From the NCBI GenBank assembly GCA_963752255.1, contig CAVVXT010000005.1, positions 1-64,000 on the forward strand: a stretch of 64,000 bases of DNA. The letters run 5' to 3'. The number at the start of each line of letters is the position of its first letter. Within the stretch, counting starts at the first letter, position 1. A program made the position numbers and the translations under genes. Shown here piece by piece: positions 20,741 to 29,685 of this stretch. Origin of the DNA: Nitrososphaeria archaeon (GTDB lineage: Archaea; Thermoproteota; Nitrososphaeria; JACIWG01). The notes beneath the pieces are model-generated. The model ran no database searches and had not been told where the DNA came from. It saw only the letters and a program-made list of their open reading frames with translations.

Positions 20741-21316
20741 ATGAGCAAGGTTGAAGAACTACACGTTTCAAGTAGGGAGTACTGGCATGTGTGGTTGGAC
20801 AGAAATCATTATGCCAAAAAAGAGGTATGGCTGATTTTCTACAAAAAGCATACCGGCAAACCCAATATATCATACGAGGCCTCAGTTGAGGAGGCATTGT
20901 GTTATGGTTGGGTGGACAGTATGATAAAGAAAATAGATGAAAAAAGGTACGCCCGCAAGTTTACACCTCGCAAGTCAAAAAGCAGATGGTCTGGGTCTAA
21001 CATAAAACGTGCAGAAAAAATGATAAATGAAGGAAGAATGACAGAGTCAGGATTTGCTGTAATAGCAGAATCAAAGAAGAATGGTGAATGGTCCGCAGCT
21101 CCAACTCTACCAAGAGAGCTCAAACCACCACAATATATGAAGGAAGCTTTGACAGCGAACGAATTAGCCTTTAAGAACTTCAACAAGATGGCAAAATCCA
21201 ATAAGCGACAATACATTGCATGGTTAATAAGCGCGAAAAGAGAAGAGACCAGACAGAAGCGACTTACTGAAATCATAGCGCGTTTGGAAAGGAACGAAAA
21301 ACTTGGCCTGAAATAG
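20741..21316 (+). CDS. YdeI/OmpD-associated family protein
   Basis: VEEALCYGWVDS...FTPRKSKSRWS...SAKREETRQKR. Confidence 0.9.
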   Translation: MSKVEELHVSSREYWHVWLDRNHYAKKEVWLIFYKKHTGKPNISYEASVEEALCYGWVDSMIKKIDEKRYARKFTPRKSKSRWSGSNIKRAEKMINEGRMTESGFAVIAESKKNGEWSAAPTLPRELKPPQYMKEALTANELAFKNFNKMAKSNKRQYIAWLISAKREETRQKRLTEIIARLERNEKLGLK

Positions 21317-21648
21317 GAGTCGCAGAATATTCAGAAAAAAGAAGATCAGACTTGAGACATTGAATATCTCATTAAAGACACTGACCCTCTGGTTCGCTTC
21401 ATCATTCGGAGTTCGGATTTGTAAGCGGGGTTAAATAGTAAATTAGTTTAAGATTAAATTTAAGCTTAACAATTTCTCTGGCAGTCTTATCTTCCTTGTA
21501 TTCATCCCTTACTGTTTCCTAGAGGAATATTGAATCTGATTTCTTATTCCTTAGTAAATTTCCTTTACATCACTGTAAACAGATATCGTATAGCCGTTAA
21601 GGGAAGATCAAATCGTTTAGTGGAGATAAATCTGCGAACTTCGAAACC

Positions 21649-22011
21649 TCAGCTGTGTTGCTCGAGGTCGTGCATCATCTGTTCGAATTGTTCCTTTGTT
21701 ATCTCCCCACGCGCGTACCTCTCCTTGAGTATATAGATCGCTTCGTCCCCTCTCCAGAGCCTCCTCCTGGACGCCCATCCCCACGGCCAGAAAATCCATC
21801 TCATCACCGCGAATATGAGGAGTATCCAGAGCAAAATCCAGATCCAGCCAAAGTCGAATGGGAAGAATGGATAGTATCTGTAGTAATCGCCTGGCATCAT
21901 GCGGGGGAAGAAGAACCAAAAAGTCGCCAATGAAATTCCGATTAGGACTAGAAACGCGATTATGGCCAAGCCCACGAAGTACCTCGGGCGCTTCCACCTA
22001 TAGTCGTTCAT
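21649..22011 (-). CDS. SHOCT-domain membrane protein
   Basis: Two TMs + ILKERYARGEITKEQFEQM. Confidence 0.9.
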   Translation of the reverse strand: MNDYRWKRPRYFVGLAIIAFLVLIGISLATFWFFFPRMMPGDYYRYYPFFPFDFGWIWILLWILLIFAVMRWIFWPWGWASRRRLWRGDEAIYILKERYARGEITKEQFEQMMHDLEQHS

Positions 22012-22139
22012 GTTTCTTCGCCTCCTTCTCGAACAGTTTAAGGATTGTGATCTGCGGCTGTGCTTTAGGTTAACCTAAACATTTGTTCCGCCATTTGTAG
22101 AAATTCTGCCTTCAAGGGTTCAATTTAAGCCTTACCCTA

Positions 22140-22186
22140 CTCTAAAAATTAGAATGACGCCAATTTCTACTATTCTAAAATTAGTA
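22140..22186. promoter_or_regulatory. Two degenerate copies of the TTCTAA-N2-TTAGAA operator
   Basis: CTCTAAAAATTAGAA (22140-22154) and TTCTAAAATTAGTA (22173-22186) upstream of type A copy 3. Confidence 0.65.
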
Positions 22187-22227
22187 CTATATCTGTGCTC
22201 TTCTATACCTAAAGGTGTAGAAAATAT

Positions 22228-22929
22228 ATGTCAGAATATAGGAAGCAGATTGTTGCTGGATCTTTGGTAGCTGTCATAGTAGCATTGGTTCTTGCTGGTG
22301 GAGCAAGTTACCTTTTCCCACTACAGCCCACACAAGGAGCGATCTCATCCACTCCCAAATCAACCGAATTTACGACCACAGCGATAGCCGCCTCCACAAG
22401 ATCCATTGCAGGGGAGATTCCAACTACGACAACTGGAACTACTACTGTACCATTTGATACTACTACGTCAGTTACTGGGTCTTCCCCGACGACAATGATT
22501 ACTACTACACCAATTGAGACAGACACTTCACCAAATGGGACTACCTCTTCACCTATTGGGACTACCATTTCACCAATTGGGACCACGATTACGTTAACTA
22601 TGACTGAAACAGCGACGACAGCGACTATAACTCTTGGCCAGATCTTAACAACGACAACAAAAGTAACAGAACAAATTGGAATTACAGATGCATACGCCGT
22701 TAACGCAACTCAGATAACGGTAACTGCTATAAATTATGGATATGTAGACGAAACCTTAACAAGCATATTAGTGAACGGAAACCCCTTATCAAGCGTTAAC
22801 GGAGGCGTATCAAACCCAAGCCTGCCAATTACTATAGCACCACGTGCCTCCCAAATTATCACCCTAAACTTCAGCTCACCACTACAATCAGGAACGTATT
22901 TCATAACGATCAATAATAAGGCAGGCTGA
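22228..22929 (+). CDS. Thr-rich stalked surface protein with pilin-like domain (type A, copy 3)
   Basis: MSEYRKQIVAGSLVAVIVALVLAGGA, (S)P(I/N)GTT repeats and NGNPLSSVNGGVSNPSLPITI head domain. Confidence 0.85.
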   Translation: MSEYRKQIVAGSLVAVIVALVLAGGASYLFPLQPTQGAISSTPKSTEFTTTAIAASTRSIAGEIPTTTTGTTTVPFDTTTSVTGSSPTTMITTTPIETDTSPNGTTSSPIGTTISPIGTTITLTMTETATTATITLGQILTTTTKVTEQIGITDAYAVNATQITVTAINYGYVDETLTSILVNGNPLSSVNGGVSNPSLPITIAPRASQIITLNFSSPLQSGTYFITINNKAG

Positions 22930-22962
22930 TTTAGACTGATAAATAGAAATATCGTAATCATA

Positions 22963-23745
22963 TTGTTCGTAGTGATTACGATAGTCTTAGGCGCATCCTT
23001 ATCGTACTATGTCACAACCCTTGGGAAAAGTCAAACCGATACAGAAATAGAAGTTAAAGCTTCAACATACATCTACATCTCGACTGACTCGTATAATGGG
23101 CTCAGGTCACCGAACATGGAAAAAATAGATTCAAGGATGTTCAACAACGGCACAGTCCTCATATTCTACAAGAACCATGGAGGGAACGTCACCAGAATCT
23201 ACACGTACAGTATCCCAAGAGCTAGGCTTGAGAATCTGACCAAGCTGGTCATATCCAACGGATTCTTCTCCTCCAAGGTTATGAGCACCTCGTGTACTGG
23301 AATCTATGATGTGGGTATCACGCAGATAAACGTCACCGTAGGCACCAATGAGAAGGCGATAACGTTGTCCGAGACGATAGAGCAGTGTCTGCCACAGAAC
23401 ATCAATCAGATAGTTAGAAATGTCTTCAACTTGGTATACGAAGCACAGATAAATGGCAGCGTCTACATAACGCCCGGAAAGGGCACTATCTTCGGTGAGA
23501 TCAGGGACCAGGAGGGGAATCGATTAGCGAACGTCAAGGTGCAGATAATCAATGGAACATCACCCTATCAACAGACCCAGAGGCTCACGGATAGTATGGG
23601 GCAGTTCTTCTGGTATGACGTAGAACCGGGAAACTACACCGTAGCTGTATTTGATGACCAGAATAATATGGTCCAGACAGGAAACGTCAAAATAGTAGCA
23701 TGGGAAACAGGTGTAATTACCTTCACTCTCGACGCCATCTCCTAA
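22963..23745 (+). CDS. Membrane-anchored protein with C-terminal carboxypeptidase-regulatory-like (prealbumin-fold) domain
   Basis: GTIFGEIRDQEGNRLANVKVQI...TDSMGQFFWYDVEPGNYTV; the start may be slightly upstream. Confidence 0.8.
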   Translation: MFVVITIVLGASLSYYVTTLGKSQTDTEIEVKASTYIYISTDSYNGLRSPNMEKIDSRMFNNGTVLIFYKNHGGNVTRIYTYSIPRARLENLTKLVISNGFFSSKVMSTSCTGIYDVGITQINVTVGTNEKAITLSETIEQCLPQNINQIVRNVFNLVYEAQINGSVYITPGKGTIFGEIRDQEGNRLANVKVQIINGTSPYQQTQRLTDSMGQFFWYDVEPGNYTVAVFDDQNNMVQTGNVKIVAWETGVITFTLDAIS

Positions 23746-23907
23746 TATAGTAGTGCTCGTAGTCTCTTAATGATAGATGATTAATTCTATTAATAGTGAA
23801 ATTTAACGAATTGTTTAAATATTTTTGATTTCCAAGCCGACGTGCAACAAAGTTAACAGAACCCATTGGGCAAAAGTCTCATTAACGAATTTTTTCTTTA
23901 GTTATTT

Positions 23908-24129
23908 ATGAAGAGGCTTACAAATGAAATTCAAAATGGATACTGTTTCACCTTAAGTCCATTCAACAACCCCAAGCTTGAGGTTGAGGATGGAGAAACA
24001 ATAGTTGTCGATACCGAGGACGCCATCTGTGGCCTAATCAGAAAGATGGGAGACAAAAGAAACTACAAGAAGGCGCATTACACGAATCCTATGTCTGCCC
24101 CAATATACGTGAATTATGCTGTAGAATAG
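23908..24129 (+). pseudogene. Acetamidase/formamidase N-terminal fragment
   Basis: PKLEVEDGETIVVDTEDA...NPMSAPIYVNYA, truncated. Confidence 0.7.
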
Positions 24130-24161
24130 AAACTAAATAATTTTTAGTAGTTAGTTTCCTA

Positions 24162-24755
24162 TTATGATTTGATCTTCTGCAGTTCATTTAGCCTTGATTT
24201 TATCGTTTGATAGAGAGATTCCCGTAGCGCCTCTGCCTTTAAGTTTGTTTCTTTAATCTGTTTGAGCCTTTTTGCAAGTTCAACATCGCCTAGAAACGTT
24301 ATCCATGATTCTATGTGTCCTTGAGCAGTATGAAATTCGATCGATCTAATATCGATTGACCCAAGTTTATCGCAGAAATCACTTAAGCTGTCTGAGCTTA
24401 CCCCCAAAGGCTGGTTCACGTCGGCGTAGAAAAAGAAAGCGTTCTCCATAGGCAGTTGGCTAAGTATCTTTTCTGCCTTCATCTTGTCGATAATAGGGAA
24501 CCCCAACTTCTCCTTTCCCTTTGCGGTTATAGTGTAATTTCCTTCTATTGAAGAAACCAACTCTTCTTTTCTAAGGATTTTAAGATGTTTATCCAATGTG
24601 GGAGGCTGCAGACCTGTTTTTTCAGATATCTGTTTTGAATTTAGAGGTGATCTGCTCTTCCACACCGTTTCCAAAATTTTCTCTTTAACGTTGCTTAGAT
24701 CCATCAATTTACCCAACTGCCTTAAAGATGTCAGTATATATATATTTTCTGTCAA
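24162..24755 (-). CDS. wHTH regulator fused to a DUF5752-like domain
   Basis: HTH (KQISEKTGL...HLKILRKEELV), then AFFFYAD...SLSDFCDKL...SIEFH...W...LGDVELAKRL. Likely start at 24704. Confidence 0.8.
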   Translation of the reverse strand: MTENIYILTSLRQLGKLMDLSNVKEKILETVWKSRSPLNSKQISEKTGLQPPTLDKHLKILRKEELVSSIEGNYTITAKGKEKLGFPIIDKMKAEKILSQLPMENAFFFYADVNQPLGVSSDSLSDFCDKLGSIDIRSIEFHTAQGHIESWITFLGDVELAKRLKQIKETNLKAEALRESLYQTIKSRLNELQKIKS

Positions 24756-24844
24756 AATATTTCATGAAATGCGTTTCATTCGCTCTCATATTAAGAAAAA
24801 AAATTACAAAAGATTTTATTACTAGACATATTATGAGAGACACA

Positions 24845-25822
24845 ATGGGATATCTAAAACTAGAGGATTTACACGTCGCCCAAATCGGCACCGGGCGAGT
24901 TGGCCGCCCTACTGCCTACACTATTCTGTGTGCTGGGCTTGCAGGAACAATGACGGTGTGCGATACTAAACCCGGGTTAGCACCTGCTTTTGCGGAGGAA
25001 CTTAGGCACGTAGCTGTCAGCTTGGGGCTTGACGTTAATATAAACTCCTGTGAGAAAGATGAAGATGTTCACGATGCGGATATCATACTGGTTTCAGCTG
25101 GTAAACCGAGGGTTCCAGGGGTGAATATGGATAGGCGGGATCTTGCTAAAGAAAATGCGAAAGTAGTGAAGCAAGTTTCTGAAGCTACAGCTCCAAGGAA
25201 TAGGAAAGCGAAATATGTAATGGTCACGAACCCAGTCGACTCCATGGCTATGATCTGCAAGAAGTATTCTAAAGCTGATGTTGTAATAAGCACCGGAACA
25301 TATCTAGAATCGCTGAGGTTTAGGTCTGAACTTGCAAAGTCGCTCGAGGTTCCAGCTTCAAAGGTTCGAGGATGGGTCGGAGGAGAACACGGAGATATGG
25401 CGGCAATTCTTTGGTCGACAGCGAAAGCCTTTGATTTCCCTGCTGAGGTATATGCCACATCCAAAGGTAGGACCGTCGATAAAAAAAATATAGAATCCAG
25501 GGTTAAGGAAGTATCAAGGTTCATAATAGACGAAATAGGTGGAACAGAATACGGGCCAGCAGCTTCGTTCAGGGACATAGTAAGAGCGATGATAAAAGAT
25601 ACACATGAAATCTTCCCGATCGCAACACCTTTTAGATTTGGAGAACTGCCTGAACCAGTTTTTGTCAGCATACCGACTTCTGTAGGATGGTCTATTGGAA
25701 CCCCTCTCTACGAACCGTTATATTACGAAGAAAAGAAGAAGATAGCTGAAGCCGCTAGAGCGATTTATCTGACCTACAAAGAAGCTGTGTTATCTTTAGA
25801 AGATGAAGTTTCACCGAGTTAG
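24845..25822 (+). CDS. Lactate/malate dehydrogenase family protein
   Basis: IGTGRVG, SAGKPRVPG, VTNPVD, LESLRF, GGEHGD. Confidence 0.88.
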   Translation: MGYLKLEDLHVAQIGTGRVGRPTAYTILCAGLAGTMTVCDTKPGLAPAFAEELRHVAVSLGLDVNINSCEKDEDVHDADIILVSAGKPRVPGVNMDRRDLAKENAKVVKQVSEATAPRNRKAKYVMVTNPVDSMAMICKKYSKADVVISTGTYLESLRFRSELAKSLEVPASKVRGWVGGEHGDMAAILWSTAKAFDFPAEVYATSKGRTVDKKNIESRVKEVSRFIIDEIGGTEYGPAASFRDIVRAMIKDTHEIFPIATPFRFGELPEPVFVSIPTSVGWSIGTPLYEPLYYEEKKKIAEAARAIYLTYKEAVLSLEDEVSPS

Positions 25823-25932
25823 AAGCAGGGTTCATGTTTAGAATATAGTCATATTATATTAAAGACTATGCAGGAGAACGTTTTTTCTGAAAAAACTTAA
25901 GAAGTCCTAAGGTTTATCGTTGAGTAAAAGTA

Positions 25933-27492
25933 GTGAGTTGGAAATTGACTGACATAGTTTTCGTATTTGAAGTTCACCAGCCCATTAGGCTGAAAAAGAA
26001 TTTTTTCTGGGATCACAATATGTTCCGACGCCTGAGCAAGAAGGAACTTTATGATTTCTATTTTGACGTAGCTTTAAACAGAGAGATTTTCGAAAGGGCC
26101 TGTAGAAAGTGTTACTTTCCATCAAACAACATATTACTCCAGCTCATCGACGAATTTAAGGGAGAAAAGAAAAAGGTTAAAGTTTCATTCAGCATATCTG
26201 GGCTCTTTATTGAACAGTGCGAAATGTATGCACCGGACCTGCTGGATTCGTTTAGACAGTTAAGCGAAACAAAATGCGTCGAATTCCTAGACCAGACATA
26301 TTACCACTCTTTATCCGGATTATACCCGATCAGAGACGAATTCGTTGAAGAGGTTAAAATTCACAGACAGGCAATGAAGGACCTTCTCAACTTTGAGCCT
26401 TTAACTTTCGAAAACACGGAACTCCTGTACAACAACGCGGTAGCAAAGGCTGTAGAAAAAATGGGCTACATAGGGATATTTACCGAAGGAGTTGAGAGAA
26501 TTCTTAAGGGTAAGCTGCCCAACCACATGTACAGGGCAAAGGGTTGCGAGAAGATTAAGGTCCTCTTAAGAAACTACAAGCTTACGGATGACATAGGCTT
26601 CAGATTTTCTAACAGGAGTTGGAGCGAGTGGCCGCTTACAGCCGATAAGTACGCTTCTTGGCTCGCGGGGACTCCAGGTCAATACGTCAACATCTTCCCA
26701 GACTACGAGACATTTGGAGAACATCATTGGCCCGAAACCGGGATACATGAATTTTTAAAGTATCTGCCAAAGGAGATACTCAAATGGGAAAACCTTCAGA
26801 TGGCAACACCCTCAGAGGTTGTCAGCAAGTACGATACGTCAGGGGAGATTGATGTGCCCGAGCTTGGTGAGACAGTCTCCTGGGCTGACCTTGAGAGGGA
26901 CACAAGCGGCTGGCTTGGGAACACGATGCAATGGGCATACTATACTGCAACTAGAGAACTGGAGCCGGTCGCGAAGGAATCGAAGGATAAGGAGTTTCTA
27001 AGAATCTGGCGATACCTGCTCGCGAGCGATCATCTCTACTATATGTTCACGGCAGGTGGTGCGCCAGGGGAAGTGCATAATTACTTCGCCCCCTACAGCT
27101 CTCCCGTGGATGCTTTCATAGCCGCTCAAAGCGCTGCTTTAGACTTTGAATCCAGGTTAAAGCTATACGTTATCGCCGCAAACGAGCCTTTCCTCTTTTA
27201 CACAAGTTCAAGGGAGGAGAGTTTCACAGGAATCAAGGCCTGGAGCCTTATGGGGTTGATCGATGCCCTTAGTAATGTTAGCATCAAGTCCATAGAGTTT
27301 CACAATAGTAGAGGCGATTTCGAAGAATGGGCTCATTTATCTCTACGAGATGAGGAGTTATCTGCTAAGTTCGAGAATGTTCAAGCTTCAAAGGTTCGGG
27401 GAGAAAGCCTTAGAATCGACCTGTGTGAAGCTACGAAAACACATCTTAAACAGATGAAAAAGATGATTGACACTGGAACCCGATACCTTTAA
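25933..27492 (+). CDS. GH57 alpha-amylase with C-terminal DUF5752-like domain
   Basis: FEVHQP, QTYYHSL, ENTEL, DYETFGEH, SDHLYYM; C-terminal PFLFYT...SIEFH...GDFEEW...DEELS. Confidence 0.9.
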   Translation: MSWKLTDIVFVFEVHQPIRLKKNFFWDHNMFRRLSKKELYDFYFDVALNREIFERACRKCYFPSNNILLQLIDEFKGEKKKVKVSFSISGLFIEQCEMYAPDLLDSFRQLSETKCVEFLDQTYYHSLSGLYPIRDEFVEEVKIHRQAMKDLLNFEPLTFENTELLYNNAVAKAVEKMGYIGIFTEGVERILKGKLPNHMYRAKGCEKIKVLLRNYKLTDDIGFRFSNRSWSEWPLTADKYASWLAGTPGQYVNIFPDYETFGEHHWPETGIHEFLKYLPKEILKWENLQMATPSEVVSKYDTSGEIDVPELGETVSWADLERDTSGWLGNTMQWAYYTATRELEPVAKESKDKEFLRIWRYLLASDHLYYMFTAGGAPGEVHNYFAPYSSPVDAFIAAQSAALDFESRLKLYVIAANEPFLFYTSSREESFTGIKAWSLMGLIDALSNVSIKSIEFHNSRGDFEEWAHLSLRDEELSAKFENVQASKVRGESLRIDLCEATKTHLKQMKKMIDTGTRYL

Positions 27493-27545
27493 CGTTGAAG
27501 GCTAGAGATTTCAAATAAAAAAGGGATAGTTTAGAACCAACGGTA

Positions 27546-28157
27546 CTATCGCGTTGAGACTACAACGGTTCCGGCGTATCTGTCACTAAATTTTTGTTTA
27601 TAATCGGTCTGAGTAGCAAGTCCTATTACTACGTCCAATAATAGTAGGATCCAGTAAATTTTGCTTATGTTTCTTATGAAAGCCTGACCTAATGTTGGCC
27701 TTTCTCCATTTAACCTTGTCACTTTCAAGCCCGTACTAGATTTTCCAAGTGTCGCACCCCATGTTACTTCTGAAAGGGGGGAATATAGAATCAACCCGAT
27801 GCCCACAATCAGCGGAAGAGACAGGAAGTTAAACCAAGCTAAGGGGTTTGCAAAGAACTGACCTGCTGCGATCCCGGAAATAAGATAGGATATGAAAATG
27901 ATTAATGATGCTACTACAATAACAATGGTTATTGCAACCACATCTATGACTAGGGCTACGAGTCGCCGTATCCAGTAGTTTTGTGCCTGCTGATTTTTAA
28001 TTACCGCGTCAATACCGCTGATCGGCGCACTTGGTGGAGGAGTTGAAGGAGGTGGAGTCGGAATAGCTGTAACCTTCTCAGGTACGGGTGCTCCACAGTT
28101 TGGACAGAATGCTGCTTCGTCCGGAATCAGTTTACCACATTTGGTGCAATAAGGCAT
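27546..28157 (-). CDS. RDD family protein with N-terminal zinc ribbon
   Basis: CTKCG...FCPNCG; RRLVALVID...GATLGK...RNISK...DRYAGTVVV. Confidence 0.88.
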   Translation of the reverse strand: MPYCTKCGKLIPDEAAFCPNCGAPVPEKVTAIPTPPPSTPPPSAPISGIDAVIKNQQAQNYWIRRLVALVIDVVAITIVIVVASLIIFISYLISGIAAGQFFANPLAWFNFLSLPLIVGIGLILYSPLSEVTWGATLGKSSTGLKVTRLNGERPTLGQAFIRNISKIYWILLLLDVVIGLATQTDYKQKFSDRYAGTVVVSTR

Positions 28158-28314
28158 AATTTCTCGCGTCCCCTATTTAGCTATTACAACTTAAAGTTTA
28201 TCTTTGAAGGCAGAGGTTTCACAATTCCATCAAAAACGGACCTTACAGGCAGCTACCAAAATATAGCAAACCTCTTAAGCGCTCTAAAAAAGAGAATATT
28301 GGCTGATAACAACA

Positions 28315-28995
28315 TTGGAAGTAGCAGAGGGAATTCACAATATACCTGGGTTAAGGGGAGCGAACGTATACCTAGCCATAGATGGAGAGACATTGACCGT
28401 TGTCGACACGGGCATGCCAGGAAATGAAAGTAAAATCATTGATTATATTAAAAGAATTGGAATGGATCCTTCACAGGTAAAGAACATAGTGTTGACCCAT
28501 TCTGATATCGATCATTCAGGTAGTACCGCAAAGTTGAAAGAAATAACTAATGCCAGGGTGATGATTCATGAAGCTGACGCGCCCAGACTTTCTGGGGAAA
28601 AGGAACTGAAGAAGGTAAAGGGAATCTTTGGCGTAGTCATGAAAGTTGCCGGCATCGTGATAAAGTTCACCCCTGTAAAACCAGACGTGACTCTTAAGAA
28701 TTTAGATAAAGTAGGCAATATGACGGTATTACATACACCTGGTCACACTGAGGGCAGCATTTGTCTATACATAACAGGTAAAGCTCTTTTTGCAGGTGAT
28801 TTGGTTAGAGTAAACAATAACAAGATGCTTGAACTTCCTCCAAAGTCCTTTAACTTGGATACGGATATGCTAAAAGTTTCCCTCAAGAAGGTGTCTGAAC
28901 TTGAATACTCTGTCCTGCTGCCTGGTCATGGTCCCCCTTTAAGCCAGAAGGCGTCAGATGTTGTTAAAGAATTCGTAGCCAGAGAAATCAAATGA
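28315..28995 (+). CDS. MBL-fold metallo-hydrolase
   Basis: THSDIDHSG, HTPGHTEGS, GD, PGHG. Confidence 0.9.
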   Translation: MEVAEGIHNIPGLRGANVYLAIDGETLTVVDTGMPGNESKIIDYIKRIGMDPSQVKNIVLTHSDIDHSGSTAKLKEITNARVMIHEADAPRLSGEKELKKVKGIFGVVMKVAGIVIKFTPVKPDVTLKNLDKVGNMTVLHTPGHTEGSICLYITGKALFAGDLVRVNNNKMLELPPKSFNLDTDMLKVSLKKVSELEYSVLLPGHGPPLSQKASDVVKEFVAREIK

Positions 28996-29083
28996 CTATA
29001 TCACAAAAGCGTAACTGTTACAACTACGACATGTTGGAAAGGAGTAGTCAAATTAGGAGACTTAATAGGGAGAAAGCGTTAGA

Positions 29084-29581
29084 TTATATAGTGACGCTGC
29101 GGATTAGAGGATAGATTACCCTAAAGAGCGAATATGCTATAACAGATCCCAATAATATTTGAAGAATGTTCCATGGAAGTTCACTGAGTGCTCCGCCCAA
29201 GCCAAAGAAAATGTCTTCAAAGATGAAATATGATGAGATCATAAAGATTCCACCTACTGGGCCTGAAGTGTAAGCTAAAATCCTTGACCTGTTACGGAAT
29301 TTCATAAATATGGTTCCTACAATTAAACCCTCAACGCCTTTTGCTAATAAAGTCACGGGAGCATAAAAAGCGTATCCCGAGAGGAGGTCTGCTAGAGAGG
29401 ACCCTAAGCCTCCGGTTATGAGACCAACATATGGGCCGAACAGCATACCAAACAGAATAACTCCTGCATCGCCGAAGTTGAAATATCCCTGTGTCGCTGG
29501 AATGGGTATTTTGAATATGATCGTCATTACAGTAACTAAAGGGATCATAACACAAACGAGGGCTAGCTTTCTGACATCCAT
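29084..29581 (-). CDS. ECF transporter S component
   Basis: IPIPATQGYFNFGDAG...GGLGSSLADLLSGY...KGVEG. Confidence 0.88.
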   Translation of the reverse strand: MDVRKLALVCVMIPLVTVMTIIFKIPIPATQGYFNFGDAGVILFGMLFGPYVGLITGGLGSSLADLLSGYAFYAPVTLLAKGVEGLIVGTIFMKFRNRSRILAYTSGPVGGIFMISSYFIFEDIFFGLGGALSELPWNILQILLGSVIAYSLFRVIYPLIRSVTI

Positions 29582-29685
29582 AGTTCCAATAAGTACCTAC
29601 ATGCGTATTTTAATCCTTTCTATCATTGATCATGGGATGTCTTATAATGAGACATTTTCTTTTAATCGTGTGCGCTATCTCGAAT

